A stretch of DNA of 64,000 nt from a bacterium (GCA_035307565.1 DATGHZ010000031.1:29061-93060); one strand, 5' to 3'. Counted from the stretch's first letter, positions 47,194 to 56,906 are shown. Notes: generated by a model from the letters alone, not told the origin. Numbers and translations are program-made.

Positions 47194-47385
47194 TCCAGAA
47201 CCTCCTTGGTCGGGCGTGCCTCCCGCCGCGCCGCCGGGCCCGGGGCGGGCGGGGCACAGCGGCGGCACGGCGGGGTGTCACCCATTGTGCAAACGCCGCG
47301 GACGCGCCCGCCGGTTCCGGCGCGGCGGCCATATGAAAGACTATTCACCGAATCGATAGACTACGATCACAATTTGTTTGGCGTA

Positions 47386-48267
47386 CTAGTGTTTCACCGC
47401 CCCGAGCGTGAGACCGGAGACGATATGCCGCTGGACAATGAGGGTCAGGACGATGACCGGGATTGTGATCATCGTGGCGGCCGCCGCCAGCGGCCCCCAA
47501 CTGATTTCTTCGTAGTTGATCATGTTGAAGACGGCGATCGGCAGCGTGCGCGTGTGCCGCCCCGCGAGGATCACCGAGAACAAGAAGTTGTTCCACGAGA
47601 AGATAAAGCTGAGAATGGCCGCCGCCACGATCCCCGGCCGTACGAGCGGCAGCGCGACCCGCCAGAACGCGCCGTAGTGCGAGCACCCGTCGATCAACGC
47701 GGCCTCCGTCAGGTCGGGCGGAACGTCTTCGAAAAAGCCGGCCATGACCCAGATGATCAGAGGGAGCCCGACGACGAGATGGGTCAGGATGAGGGCCTCG
47801 TAGGTGTCGACGAGATGGGCGCGCCGGAACAACACGTACCATGGGATCAGATAGCTGATGCCGGGGATGATGCGCGCCACCAGGACGGTGAGGGCGAGTC
47901 CGTGTTGGCGCCAACGGGCAATGCTGAACGCCGCGGGGAGGCCGGCTGCCAGACCGAGGAGCGTACTGCCGGCCGCGACGACAAAGCTGTTCCAGACGTA
48001 CTGGGGAAAGGGGTTCTTCCGGAACACTTCGGCGTAGTTGGTGAGCGTCACCGCGAAATGGAAGAAGTGTGGCGGGTACCCCGCGGCCTCCACCTGTGTC
48101 TTCAGGGACAGCGTGATCATCCAATAAAAGACAAACACCGTCGGCAGCATGACGATGCCGACGACAGCGTAGTACCCGGCCGTCCGGAGGGCGCCGAGGG
48201 CGCGGGGTCTCCGGCGCCGCGCGAACGCCTCCCGCCCCACCGCTCCGGCCGCCGCCGCAGTTACCAC
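47386..48267 (-). CDS. Carbohydrate ABC transporter permease (MalG/CUT1-like)
   Basis: GTG overlaps the upstream permease stop (GTGGTAA); EAA-like loop ...EAALIDGCSHYGAFWRVALPLV... Confidence 0.85.
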   Translation of the reverse strand: MVTAAAAGAVGREAFARRRRPRALGALRTAGYYAVVGIVMLPTVFVFYWMITLSLKTQVEAAGYPPHFFHFAVTLTNYAEVFRKNPFPQYVWNSFVVAAGSTLLGLAAGLPAAFSIARWRQHGLALTVLVARIIPGISYLIPWYVLFRRAHLVDTYEALILTHLVVGLPLIIWVMAGFFEDVPPDLTEAALIDGCSHYGAFWRVALPLVRPGIVAAAILSFIFSWNNFLFSVILAGRHTRTLPIAVFNMINYEEISWGPLAAAATMITIPVIVLTLIVQRHIVSGLTLGAVKH

Positions 48268-49199
48268 GCCGTGCGGCGCACTTTGATCAAGATCAGCGAT
48301 ACGCCCATGACGATGGCAAACAGCGCGACCGCCATCGACGACGCGTACCCGATGTTGAAGTATGCGAAGGCCTGGTTGAACAAGAGGAGGTTGATGGTCT
48401 CGGACGCGTTCGACGGCCCGCCCTGCGTCATGACGAATATGATGTCGAACGTCTTTATGGCGTCGATCGCGCGGAACAGCACGGCCACGATCAGGACCGG
48501 TCGCAGGAGCGGCAGCGTGATGTGCCAGAGCGTGCGCACTCCCGTGGCCCCGTCGATGAGGGCGGCCTCGTAGGGCTCGCGCGGCAGCGCGGCGAGGCCG
48601 GCGAGGGCGATCAGCATCACGAGCGGGGTCCACTCCCACACGTCGACGAGCGCGAGCGCGTAGAGCGCGGTCCGGCTACTGTACGTCCATGTGAGCGGGC
48701 CGAAGCCGGCGTGGGTAACGAGGTAGTTCATCACCCCGAGTGTCGGATGGAACATCATGACGAAAATCAAGGCAATCGCCGTCGGCGTCGCCACCATCGG
48801 GAGGATTGAGAGCGTCCGCACGAGGCCGCGGCCCCAAAATTCGCGGTTGAAGAGCAGGGCCATCGCCAGTCCGAGCGCTGTTTCGGCGGCCACGACGAGC
48901 GCCGCGAAGTAGAGCGTCCGGAAGAAGGCCTCGTGGAACCGGACGTCGCCGGTCAGGAGCCGCTGATAATTGGCCAGGCCGACGAACTTCGGCGGACTGA
49001 GCGTGGACGCGAACCAGCCGTGCAGGCTCATCCAGCCCGTATACACCACGGGATACACGATGATCAGCGCCACGATCGCGACGGCCGGCGCGGGAAAGAT
49101 CAGCGGCGCGTGCCGGTGCGCCAGCCGCGCGCAGCGCCCCCGAAAGCCGCGTGTCCCGGCCGGCGCGGCCGCCGCGATGACGGCGGGGTTCCTAGCCGC
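48261..49199 (-). CDS. Carbohydrate ABC transporter permease (MalF/CUT1-like); start codon not identifiable
   Basis: Track ORF 48261..49880; conserved core ...YEAALIDGATGVRTLWHITLPLLRPV... No ATG/GTG/TTG lies in frame between the SBP stop (49202) and the first TM segment (LIFPAPAVAIVALIIVYPV). Confidence 0.7.
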   Translation of the reverse strand, partial: AARNPAVIAAAAPAGTRGFRGRCARLAHRHAPLIFPAPAVAIVALIIVYPVVYTGWMSLHGWFASTLSPPKFVGLANYQRLLTGDVRFHEAFFRTLYFAALVVAAETALGLAMALLFNREFWGRGLVRTLSILPMVATPTAIALIFVMMFHPTLGVMNYLVTHAGFGPLTWTYSSRTALYALALVDVWEWTPLVMLIALAGLAALPREPYEAALIDGATGVRTLWHITLPLLRPVLIVAVLFRAIDAIKTFDIIFVMTQGGPSNASETINLLLFNQAFAYFNIGYASSMAVALFAIVMGVSLILIKVRRTAW

Positions 49200-49201
49200 G
49201 C

Positions 49202-50557
49202 CTATCGCTCCGTTTCGTTGAGCATCTCCTGAAACTGCTTGTGCGCTTCGGCGATGACGTCCGCCGACCGGGCGCCTTCGATGGCCTTCTGGATGGCCAC
49301 GCCAATGATGTCTCGGTATTGGGTCACGTCGACGATTTCGGGAAGCCCCGGGCGGCTGATCTTTAGGCTCTCCTGATAGGCCTGGTACCACGCGAGCGGC
49401 ATCTTGGGCTTCGCCTTGATATCCGGCAGCCCCCAGGTCGATGCACGGGCGACGCCCACCCCGCCCAGCAGTTCCCGGACGCAGCTGCGCTTGCTGGTCG
49501 CCCATTGATTGAACAGGTAGGCCGCCTCTTTGTGCCGGCTCTGTCCGCTGACGGCCATCGCGTTGGTGAAGGTCGGCGCGAACCGCCCCGCGGGCCCGGC
49601 CGGCAGCGGCGCGTAGCCCACCCTGCCGACAATTTTGGACTTGGCCGGATCCTCGAATTGATTCGCGAAGTTGACGCCGTCGACGTAGAGGCCGACCTGC
49701 CCTTGAATGAACGCGGCGCTGCATTCGTACCAGTTGAAGTTCACGACCCCGGGAGGGGCGTACTTCCGCAGCATCCCGGCGTACCAGTCCATCGTTTTGA
49801 TCCACTCGGGCGAATTCATGGCCGACTTCCGGTCCGGGGTCAGGTACGTGCCGCCCATGGCGAAAAGGACGAACGCCCACGGAGTGGCGTTCGCGTTCTT
49901 GAGTCCGCGCATCACAAACCCGTACATGTTGGGCGGGTTGTGCAGCGCCTTTGCCCGGGCCTCCAGCTCATCGAGGGTCTTGGGCGGGCCCCAGCCCCTC
50001 TGATCGAAGAGGTCCTTACGGTAGAACAGGACAAACGGATCCGGGAACGTCGGTAGCGCGCTGAGGGTCTTGTCGGGCTGGGTGACGGCCTCGACCGCGC
50101 CCTTGGTGACGTCGTTCCACGCGTAGTCCTCGGCGGTCAGGCTTTTGTCGGTAAGGTAGCCGTTGACCGGCTGGAACCAGCCTGCCTTCCAGAACCGCCG
50201 CTTCTCGACGTGCATGCTCGCGTGCCACGCGTCGATGTCGCCCGAACCGGCGGTCATCTGCACGACGAGCTTTTCGCGGCCCTGAACCTCCGGAATGACT
50301 TCGGCCTGCAGACGCATACCCGTGAGCGATTCGAACTCCGGGAAATACTTTTGGATTTCGTCGACCCATGGGTGCTTGTAGAACAAGAGCGAGAGCGTCG
50401 TGCCCTTGTACTTCTGCCAGTTGACGCTCTCGGCGAGGGCCGGCTCCGTCGTGAGCGGGGCCATCGCAGCGCCGGCAGCGGCTCCGGCGCCGAGCCGCAG
50501 CGCTTCCCGCCGGGTGATGACCGGATCCTCGGAGCCTCGGTGCCGCTTCGGTGCCAT
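49202..50557 (-). CDS. Sugar ABC transporter substrate-binding protein (family 1), Tat signal
   Basis: ATG internal to track ORF 49202..50647: MAPKRHRGSEDPVITRREALRLGAGAAAGAAMAPL... Confidence 0.85.
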   Translation of the reverse strand: MAPKRHRGSEDPVITRREALRLGAGAAAGAAMAPLTTEPALAESVNWQKYKGTTLSLLFYKHPWVDEIQKYFPEFESLTGMRLQAEVIPEVQGREKLVVQMTAGSGDIDAWHASMHVEKRRFWKAGWFQPVNGYLTDKSLTAEDYAWNDVTKGAVEAVTQPDKTLSALPTFPDPFVLFYRKDLFDQRGWGPPKTLDELEARAKALHNPPNMYGFVMRGLKNANATPWAFVLFAMGGTYLTPDRKSAMNSPEWIKTMDWYAGMLRKYAPPGVVNFNWYECSAAFIQGQVGLYVDGVNFANQFEDPAKSKIVGRVGYAPLPAGPAGRFAPTFTNAMAVSGQSRHKEAAYLFNQWATSKRSCVRELLGGVGVARASTWGLPDIKAKPKMPLAWYQAYQESLKISRPGLPEIVDVTQYRDIIGVAIQKAIEGARSADVIAEAHKQFQEMLNETER

Positions 50558-50656
50558 GCGTTCCACCCCCGTGGTCGCGCGGATGACGGCTGGCGCGGGT
50601 CCTGCTTCCATCCAGCGCGCGGAACACCCTCCGGCGCGTGCCCTCACAGTTGTGTC

Positions 50657-51448
50657 TCAGACGTCCACGCCGAGGCGCCGGGCCAGTTCATCAACGTCCG
50701 CGCGCGTTGGGAACGACGATCGCGTGCCGGCTTTCGTGACCGACAATGCCGCCGCGACATTGGCGCGGCGCGCCGCGCGGAGCAGAGGCTCTCCGCGTCC
50801 GAGAAAGTAGGCGAGCGTTCCGATGAAGGCGTCACCGGCGCCCGCCGAGTCGGCCGCCGTTACCGGGACGCCGGCGACGTGCGCCGTCCCATCCCGATCC
50901 ACTAGCAATGTGCCGCGGGCGCCCAACGTTACCACGGCCGCGGGCGCCGGATTAAGGATGGTCACCGCTCGCCCGCCCGATTTCGCGGTGCGGAGCGCTT
51001 CGGCCGTGGCATCGAGCGGGACCTCAAGTTGGCAGACAACGACGTCGGCCGTCTCGATCGCACTCCGCGCGGCGCGAATGTCGGCGGGTGTGAGACCGAA
51101 GTTCGCGCCGGGGCTGTAGACGATCGCGTTGCGGCCTTCCGCGTCGACCAGGATGGACGCGACGCCCGACGACCGTTCCTCGTCCCAGGAGACGCACGAC
51201 GTGTCGATTCCGTGCTGCCCGTAGTTCGTAAACACCCGTTCGCCGAAGATGTCGCGTCCGAGCTTCGCCACCATCGTGACGCGGCCCCCGAGCGTGCGGG
51301 CCATCATCGCCTGGTTGGAGCCCTTCCCCCCGCAGTCGGTTTGAAAAGAGTCCGCATACACCGTCTCGCCCAGCACCGGGAGGCGGCGTACGTTGGCGAT
51401 CAGGTCGATGTTCGCCGCCCCGACCACACAGATGCGCGGCTCCGGCAT
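50657..51448 (-). CDS. rbsK: Ribokinase/PfkB-family sugar kinase
   Basis: Track ORF, 263 aa; ...DCGGKGSNQAMMARTLGG... and C-terminal GAGDAF motif. Confidence 0.8.
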   Translation of the reverse strand: MPEPRICVVGAANIDLIANVRRLPVLGETVYADSFQTDCGGKGSNQAMMARTLGGRVTMVAKLGRDIFGERVFTNYGQHGIDTSCVSWDEERSSGVASILVDAEGRNAIVYSPGANFGLTPADIRAARSAIETADVVVCQLEVPLDATAEALRTAKSGGRAVTILNPAPAAVVTLGARGTLLVDRDGTAHVAGVPVTAADSAGAGDAFIGTLAYFLGRGEPLLRAARRANVAAALSVTKAGTRSSFPTRADVDELARRLGVDV

Positions 51449-51449
51449 C

Positions 51450-51836
51450 TCAATAACTGGACACTTCGACGAGGTTACCGTCGGGGGCGCGGCAGTAAAC
51501 GGACGTCAACATACCGGCCGCGCCTCCTTTGGGCACCGGCCCCAGGATGACTTGAACGCCGCACGAGCGCAGATGCGCGGCGACCGCCTCCATCGGCGTA
51601 GAGGTAATGAGGCAGAAATCGGCGGATCCGGGTGCGGGCACGGCCGCTTTTGGCTCGAATTCCCGGCCCGCGTGGTGCAGGTTGATCTTGGTCTGGCCGA
51701 AGTGCAGGGCGGTCCGGCCGCCGGCGCCGAACCGCACCGCGCGCATCCCGAGCGCGCGCTCGTAGAAGTCGCACGTTTTCGCGATGTCGCGCGCGGTCAG
51801 GACGATATGATCGATCCGGTCGATCCGGATGCTCAT
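51450..51836 (-). CDS. VOC/glyoxalase-family protein
   Basis: ATG internal to track ORF 51450..52007: MSIRIDRIDHIVLTARDIAKTCDFYERALGMRAV...; 128 aa. Confidence 0.75.
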   Translation of the reverse strand: MSIRIDRIDHIVLTARDIAKTCDFYERALGMRAVRFGAGGRTALHFGQTKINLHHAGREFEPKAAVPAPGSADFCLITSTPMEAVAAHLRSCGVQVILGPVPKGGAAGMLTSVYCRAPDGNLVEVSSY

Positions 51837-51855
51837 GAGGCCCCCCGTTGGAGCC

Positions 51856-52821
51856 CTATTGGTGGAGCGCGAATCGATCGGTGGCGCGGACCAATTCCCG
51901 TGCAATGCCGGGGTGATCGCCGGCGTGCCCGGCATCGTCCACGACCACCAGCTCGGCGCGCGGCCAGGCCTCTTTGAGATCCCAGGTCCACGCGATGGGC
52001 GCCCCAAGGTCGAGGCGTCCCTGCACCAGGATTCCGGGGATGCCGGCGAGCGCGGCCGCGCCGCGCAGGAGGACGCCGTCCTCCAGCCAGGCGTTGTGCC
52101 GGACGTAGTGCGTCACGAGCCTTGCGAAGGCCATCGCGTACGCCGGATCGCTGAACCGCGGGGACAGCCGCGGCTCGGGCGGCCAGGCGAGGGAAGCGGA
52201 TTCCCACGTACACCATTCCGCCGCGGCCCGCCGCCGCACCGCGGGATCGTGATCGTGCAGCAGCCGGTGATACGCTTCGACGATGTCCCCGTCGCGGTCC
52301 GGCGGCGGCAGCGCCGCGCGCAGCCGTGCCCACTGGGCCGGGAAGAGCACCGCGGCGCCGCCCCGAAACCACCAATCGAATTCCTTGCGCCGGCCCGTCG
52401 TGACACCGAACAAGATGATTGCGCTGACGTGGTCCGGATGGCGCTCCGCGTACGCGAGCGCCAGCGTGCTGCCCCACGAGCCCCCGAGCACCAGCCAGCG
52501 GTCGATCTCGAGGCGCCGCCGGAGCCGCTCGATGTCCGCGATCAAGGCCGGCGTCGTGTTGGTCGTGAGGTCCGTACGGATATCGCCCGCATGCGGGGTG
52601 CTCCGTCCGCAGCCTCGTTGGTCAAACAGGACGGCGCGATAGGCGCGCGGATTGAAGAGCCGGCGATGCCAGGGTGTGCATCCGGACCCGGGGCCCCCGT
52701 GCAGGACGACGGCCGCTCTGCCGCGCGGCGCTCCGCAGACTTCCCAATGCACCTTGTTGCCGTCACCGGGCTCCAGCATGCCGCGGTCGTATGGTTCGAT
52801 TTCGGGATAGAGATCGGTCAT
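51856..52821 (-). CDS. pip: Prolyl aminopeptidase (proline iminopeptidase, alpha/beta hydrolase)
   Basis: ATG internal to track ORF 51856..52971: MTDLYPEIEPYDRGMLEPGDGNKVHWEVCGAPRGRAAVVLHGGPGSG...GGSWGSTLALAYA... Confidence 0.85.
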   Translation of the reverse strand: MTDLYPEIEPYDRGMLEPGDGNKVHWEVCGAPRGRAAVVLHGGPGSGCTPWHRRLFNPRAYRAVLFDQRGCGRSTPHAGDIRTDLTTNTTPALIADIERLRRRLEIDRWLVLGGSWGSTLALAYAERHPDHVSAIILFGVTTGRRKEFDWWFRGGAAVLFPAQWARLRAALPPPDRDGDIVEAYHRLLHDHDPAVRRRAAAEWCTWESASLAWPPEPRLSPRFSDPAYAMAFARLVTHYVRHNAWLEDGVLLRGAAALAGIPGILVQGRLDLGAPIAWTWDLKEAWPRAELVVVDDAGHAGDHPGIARELVRATDRFALHQ

Positions 52822-52861
52822 GGCCGGTCCTGAGGCCGGGCGCCGATGGGCCGCATGCCGC

Positions 52862-53197
52862 TCAGAACACCCGCCCGCCGGGCGGGACGGTGCGCTCGGC
52901 CGACAGCAGCACGACGCGGCCGCGTTCGTCCGGCACGCCGAGGACCAGCACCTCTGAAGCGAATCCGGCAATGCGCCGGACGCCGAGGTTGACCGCGGCG
53001 ATGACCAAGCGGCCGACGAGATCCTCGGGCCGGTACAGGCCGGTAAGTTGCGCGCTCGAACCGCGGAGACCCAGCGGTCCGAAGTCGACGGTGAGCTTGT
53101 AGGCCGGCTTCTGCGCGCCGGCGAGGGGCTCGGCCGCCGTCACGCGGCCGACCCTGAGGTCCAGCGTCTGAAACGCCTCAAGCGGGTCCATCGACAC
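52862..53197 (-). CDS. tRNA-binding domain protein (CsaA/EMAP-like)
   Basis: Track ORF, 111 aa; ...LDLRVGRVTAAEPLAGAQKPAYKLTVDFGPLG... Confidence 0.75.
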   Translation of the reverse strand: MSMDPLEAFQTLDLRVGRVTAAEPLAGAQKPAYKLTVDFGPLGLRGSSAQLTGLYRPEDLVGRLVIAAVNLGVRRIAGFASEVLVLGVPDERGRVVLLSAERTVPPGGRVF

Positions 53198-53301
53198 CGG
53201 CGTCTCCTCCTGTGGTCGGCGTCGGATGCAAACGCGTAAGGGTGCGGCCGCGGCCGCACCCTCACGATAGTACTGAAGAAACGAGCGGCGGTCTCTATGG
53301 C

Positions 53302-53598
53302 CTACCGCTCACGCTGCCCCGCCGATCGAGATGGAAACGGCGGACCGTAATAGTAAGTGTACGGCGTGGAATAGGGGCTGTTGTAGTACGTATACGGCTG
53401 GGCGGGGCAATTGTTATAGACGATCCCGCCGATCGAGTATGTCTGGCAGGCCGACCCGTAATAGGGCGAGTACGGGTACATGTAGTATCCCTGCGCCTGG
53501 GCGGGCAAGCCGCTCAACGCGACGAGCGCGTCGGCGGCCAGCGTTAGCACCGCCACGCGTGCGACGATGTGTCGGTAGTGACGAAGACGAGCCACCAT
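53302..53598 (-). CDS. Small tyrosine-rich secreted protein (98 aa)
   Basis: ATG with RBS aggaggtgaa internal to track ORF 53302..53667: MVARLRHYRHIVARVAVLTLAADALVALSGLPAQA signal peptide, then GYYMYPYSPYYGSACQTYSIGGIVYNNCPAQPYTYYNSPYSTPYTYYYGPPF. Confidence 0.65.
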   Translation of the reverse strand: MVARLRHYRHIVARVAVLTLAADALVALSGLPAQAQGYYMYPYSPYYGSACQTYSIGGIVYNNCPAQPYTYYNSPYSTPYTYYYGPPFPSRSAGQRER

Positions 53599-53758
53599 GG
53601 AGTTCACCTCCTTACGGCCTCCTATGTACGTTTTTATCACGGGACCACCCGATGGAAAACCCCTCAATTATGCGATTGTTGTGAAGCGGCCGCCGGCCTT
53701 GACGCGGGGCTCGTTGTAATTCGAAAATAATGGAAACATTCCGGGAGGGCCCGGTACG

Positions 53759-54130
53759 GTGATGCCGTCGAAAACGCGCGCCGATGTAGAGGACGTTGCC
53801 CGCTACGCCGACATGTTCGCCGCAATCGGTACGGAGGCGCGGCTCCGCATCGTGCGTCTGCTGCTGGCGGCGCACCCGCACGGGCTTGTGGCCGGCGAGG
53901 TGCAGGCGGAGCTGGACATGCCCGCGTCGACCCTGTCGCATCATCTCGAAAAGCTGCGCCATGAAGGCCTCGTGACGGTGCAGCGGGAGGGCACGTTCCT
54001 CCGGTACGCTGCGAACGCGGACGCGCTTCGCGACCTGCTCGGCTTCCTCTATGCCGAGTGCTGCACCCGCAGCCGCGCGGTCAGTCCGAAAGCCGTCGCG
54101 TGGACCGGCCGCCGCACGCCGAGCCGCTGA
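53759..54130 (+). CDS. ArsR/SmtB-family metalloregulator
   Basis: Track ORF, 123 aa; HTH ...LSHHLEKLRHEGLV... Confidence 0.85.
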   Translation: MMPSKTRADVEDVARYADMFAAIGTEARLRIVRLLLAAHPHGLVAGEVQAELDMPASTLSHHLEKLRHEGLVTVQREGTFLRYAANADALRDLLGFLYAECCTRSRAVSPKAVAWTGRRTPSR

Positions 54131-54213
54131 GCCGGCTGGGGCGGCCCGCGCGTCTCCGGCGGAGCCATGCGATGAAGGCTGTGTGATTTCGCCCGTGGAG
54201 AACCGGTGAATTT

Positions 54214-54425
54214 CCGCTGAATTTCCCGCGCATCTCATTGATCCCGATGGCGATGGGACTCGGCGACGGCAGCGAAGCGAACATGCCGTTGGCCCGCGCC
54301 GTCATCGGGGGCTCGTGGTCTCGACCGCGCTGACGCTGCTGCTGATCCCGGTGTTGTACGTGCTGGCGGAACAGTGGTTCCCGCGGCGGAAGACGCCGGA
54401 CTCAACCGAGGGCGCCGCGGCATAG
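54214..54425 (+). pseudogene. C-terminal remnant of an RND (CzcA/CusA-type heavy-metal efflux) transporter, frameshifted
   Basis: Frame 1 reads ...RISLIPMAMGLGDGSEANMPLARAVIGG, then hits a stop. A -1 shift near 54310 continues LVVSTALTLLLIPVLYVLAEQWFPRRKTPDSTEGAAA*. Together these match the conserved C-terminus of HME-RND pumps. Nothing upstream of about 54190 belongs to the gene. Confidence 0.65.
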
Positions 54426-54430
54426 TTCGC

Positions 54431-55420
54431 TCAACGCCCCGCATACCGGGAGACGATGCGCGGGGCCAGTTCTACGGGCCGCGGCGCTCTCCCCTCGCGG
54501 GGGCCTTCGGCCTGGGACCGTCTTGCCAGTGCGAGCCCTGCCAGCACCAGCGCCGCGCCGGTGACCTTAAGAAGGCCGAAGGCTTCCCCGAAGACGATCC
54601 ACGACGTGATGCCCCCGGCGACGGGAACCAGGTACATGAACACGGAGGCCCGCGCGACGCCGAGGCGGCCGATCGTCCAATTCCATAACGACCACGCGAC
54701 GTAGACCGGCACGATGACCGTCCACGCGAACGCGGCCCACCCTTCCACCGTAACGTGATACCGCCACGGCGCCGCGAGCGATGGGAGCAGCGCGAGTACC
54801 ACGGGCACGGTGCCCACCGTCAGTGTATAGGCCATCATCGCAGGGAGCGAGTAGCGGGCGAGGAGCGGCTTGCTCGCCACGGTGTAGCCGGCGAAGAACG
54901 CGGCGCCCGCGAGACTCAACAGGTCGCCCACGCCGGCCGAGCCGGCACTCCGCCGGAGTGCCGGCAGCACAAAGACCGCCACACCGATAAGGGCGACGAG
55001 CATGCCGGCGTATTGGCCGCCCGTGATCGTCTCGAGCCGCAGGATCCGCAGGAGCGCCGCCGCAAACAGCGGCGCGAGGCCGATCAACAGGGCGTTCGAG
55101 AACGGCGTTGTGTAACTCAGGCCGAAGGTGCTGAGCGGGATATACAGCGTGTATCCCGCCACGCCGGCGAGCGCCAGCGCGGGCAGATCGCCTCGGCGGG
55201 CGCCGAGCGGCTCGCCGGTCCGCCGGCTGTGGTGCAGCAGCACGCCCCAACTCAGCGCGAGCATGCCGAGATAGCGCAGAGCCATAAACACCGTCGCGCC
55301 GAACTGCTCCAGCGCGACCTTCTGGAAGGCGAAACTCATTCCCCAAATCGAGACCACGAGCAGCGCGACGAGCTCGGCCTTGATGTGCGCATCCGTCTTG
55401 TGTGGCGTTGGTAGGTCCAT
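54431..55420 (-). CDS. DMT-superfamily (EamA) transporter
   Basis: Track ORF, 329 aa; 10 TM; two EamA-like halves. Confidence 0.8.
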   Translation of the reverse strand: MDLPTPHKTDAHIKAELVALLVVSIWGMSFAFQKVALEQFGATVFMALRYLGMLALSWGVLLHHSRRTGEPLGARRGDLPALALAGVAGYTLYIPLSTFGLSYTTPFSNALLIGLAPLFAAALLRILRLETITGGQYAGMLVALIGVAVFVLPALRRSAGSAGVGDLLSLAGAAFFAGYTVASKPLLARYSLPAMMAYTLTVGTVPVVLALLPSLAAPWRYHVTVEGWAAFAWTVIVPVYVAWSLWNWTIGRLGVARASVFMYLVPVAGGITSWIVFGEAFGLLKVTGAALVLAGLALARRSQAEGPREGRAPRPVELAPRIVSRYAGR

Positions 55421-55643
55421 CGGCTGGCCTCTCGGTGTTGGGGTGGGTGCCGCCGGGCTTGACGGGGACGCCGGGCCGCGATACAGGAAGCGTAGCCGGA
55501 ACCCGGTGCGAGGACTATCCGATTCGTGCAGACAAACTTAGCCGCGGGGCAGGAACGGCGCCCGGACGTTTGAGAACACTTCAACGAGCCGAGCCGGATT
55601 CATGAGCGGGCTCGCGCATCTCGGACAACAGAGGACCCTCCGC

Positions 55644-55931
55644 ATGTGCAGGAACATCAAGATCCTGTTCAATTACGCGCCGCCGGCCACAGCCGAGGAG
55701 GTGCGCGGCGCGTCGCTCCAATTCGTGCGGAAGATCAGCGGGTTCGCGAAGCCGTCGAAGGCGAACGAAGCCGCCTTCTTCGCGGCGGTGGATGACATTG
55801 CGGGCATCTCCGCCCGTTTGCTGCGCTCGCTTGAAACCAGCGCGCGGCCGAAGCGTCGCGAAGAGGAGGCTGCCAAGGCGAAGGCGCGGGCCGCCGTGCG
55901 ATTCGGGACCGCTCCGGCGCCCAGGCACTGA
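55644..55931 (+). CDS. DUF2277-family protein
   Basis: Internal ATG: MCRNIKILFNYAPPATAEEVRGASLQFVRKISGFAKPSKANEAAF... (conserved MCRNIK N-terminus). Confidence 0.65.
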   Translation: MCRNIKILFNYAPPATAEEVRGASLQFVRKISGFAKPSKANEAAFFAAVDDIAGISARLLRSLETSARPKRREEEAAKAKARAAVRFGTAPAPRH

Positions 55932-55977
55932 GCTCGAGTCCCGCGTCGTCTGGGTCCGCAAGCGGCGCGCCGTTCCG

Positions 55978-56826
55978 ATGATCGTGGACCTCCTCGACGG
56001 CACCTATGAACTCTTCCGGCACTTTTACGGACTCCGCCGCTTCAACGACGGCGCCGACGAGCCACTCGGCGCGGTGGCCGCCGTCCTGCATACCGTGCTG
56101 CAGATGATCGAGAGCGGAACCACCCACCTCGGCGTCGCCACTGATCACGTCATCGAGTCGTTCCGCAACACAGTGTGGCCGGGCTATAAGACAGCAGACG
56201 GCGTTGAGCCCGTGTTGCTCGCGCAGTTTCATCCGCTCGAAGAGGCGCTCACGGCCATGGGCGTGGCCGTCTGGCCAATGACCGACCTCGAGGCCGATGA
56301 CGGACTCGCCTCCGCGGCGCGCATCGCCGCCGAAGACACGCAGGTCAAGCAAATCCGCATCTGCACGCCCGACAAAGATCTCGCGCAGTGCGTCCGCGCC
56401 CGCCGGATCGTCCAGGTGGACCGCCGGGCGCGAAAGACGCTCGATGAGGATGGCGTACGGGCGAAGTTCGGCGTGGATCCCGTGGTGATTCCTGATTTTC
56501 TCGCGCTCGTTGGCGACGCGGCCGACGGATATCCCGGTATTCCCGGCATCGGCCCGGTGAAGGCGGCGCGCCTCGTCAATCGCTACGGCATCATCGAAGA
56601 CTTTCCGCCCGCGATCCTCCAAGGTGAGGCTCGCGAGCGGGCGCTGCTCTTCAAGGATCTCGCGACGCTTCGGACCGGCGCGCCGCTCTTCGGCGGCGCC
56701 GACGCGTTGCGGTGGCACGGCCCCACCGCGACCTTTGAGTCGTGGGCGGAGCGTCTCGGCGATGTGCGCGTCCTCAAGCGTGCGCGCAAGGCGGCGGCCG
56801 GTGCTGCGCGCGCACCTCTGGGATAG
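55978..56826 (+). CDS. 5'-3' exonuclease (FEN/Pol I N-terminal domain homolog)
   Basis: ATG internal to track ORF 55792..56826: MIVDLLDGTYELFRHFYG...LEADDGLAS...GIPGIGPVKAARL (H3TH motif). Confidence 0.85.
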   Translation: MIVDLLDGTYELFRHFYGLRRFNDGADEPLGAVAAVLHTVLQMIESGTTHLGVATDHVIESFRNTVWPGYKTADGVEPVLLAQFHPLEEALTAMGVAVWPMTDLEADDGLASAARIAAEDTQVKQIRICTPDKDLAQCVRARRIVQVDRRARKTLDEDGVRAKFGVDPVVIPDFLALVGDAADGYPGIPGIGPVKAARLVNRYGIIEDFPPAILQGEARERALLFKDLATLRTGAPLFGGADALRWHGPTATFESWAERLGDVRVLKRARKAAAGAARAPLG

Positions 56827-56906
56827 AGCTGATCGCCGAACCGTCGCCCGTCCGCGATCGGCCGCGGTCTCGCGCGGTCGCGCTCGCCCTAGGCGGCCTG
56901 GTCGCC

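Noticed and set aside
50325-50345. tRNA-like T-arm-type sequence gattcgaactccgg
   Set aside because: It lies inside the sugar-binding-protein CDS and has no cloverleaf context. No tRNA, rRNA or CRISPR array was found anywhere in the window.
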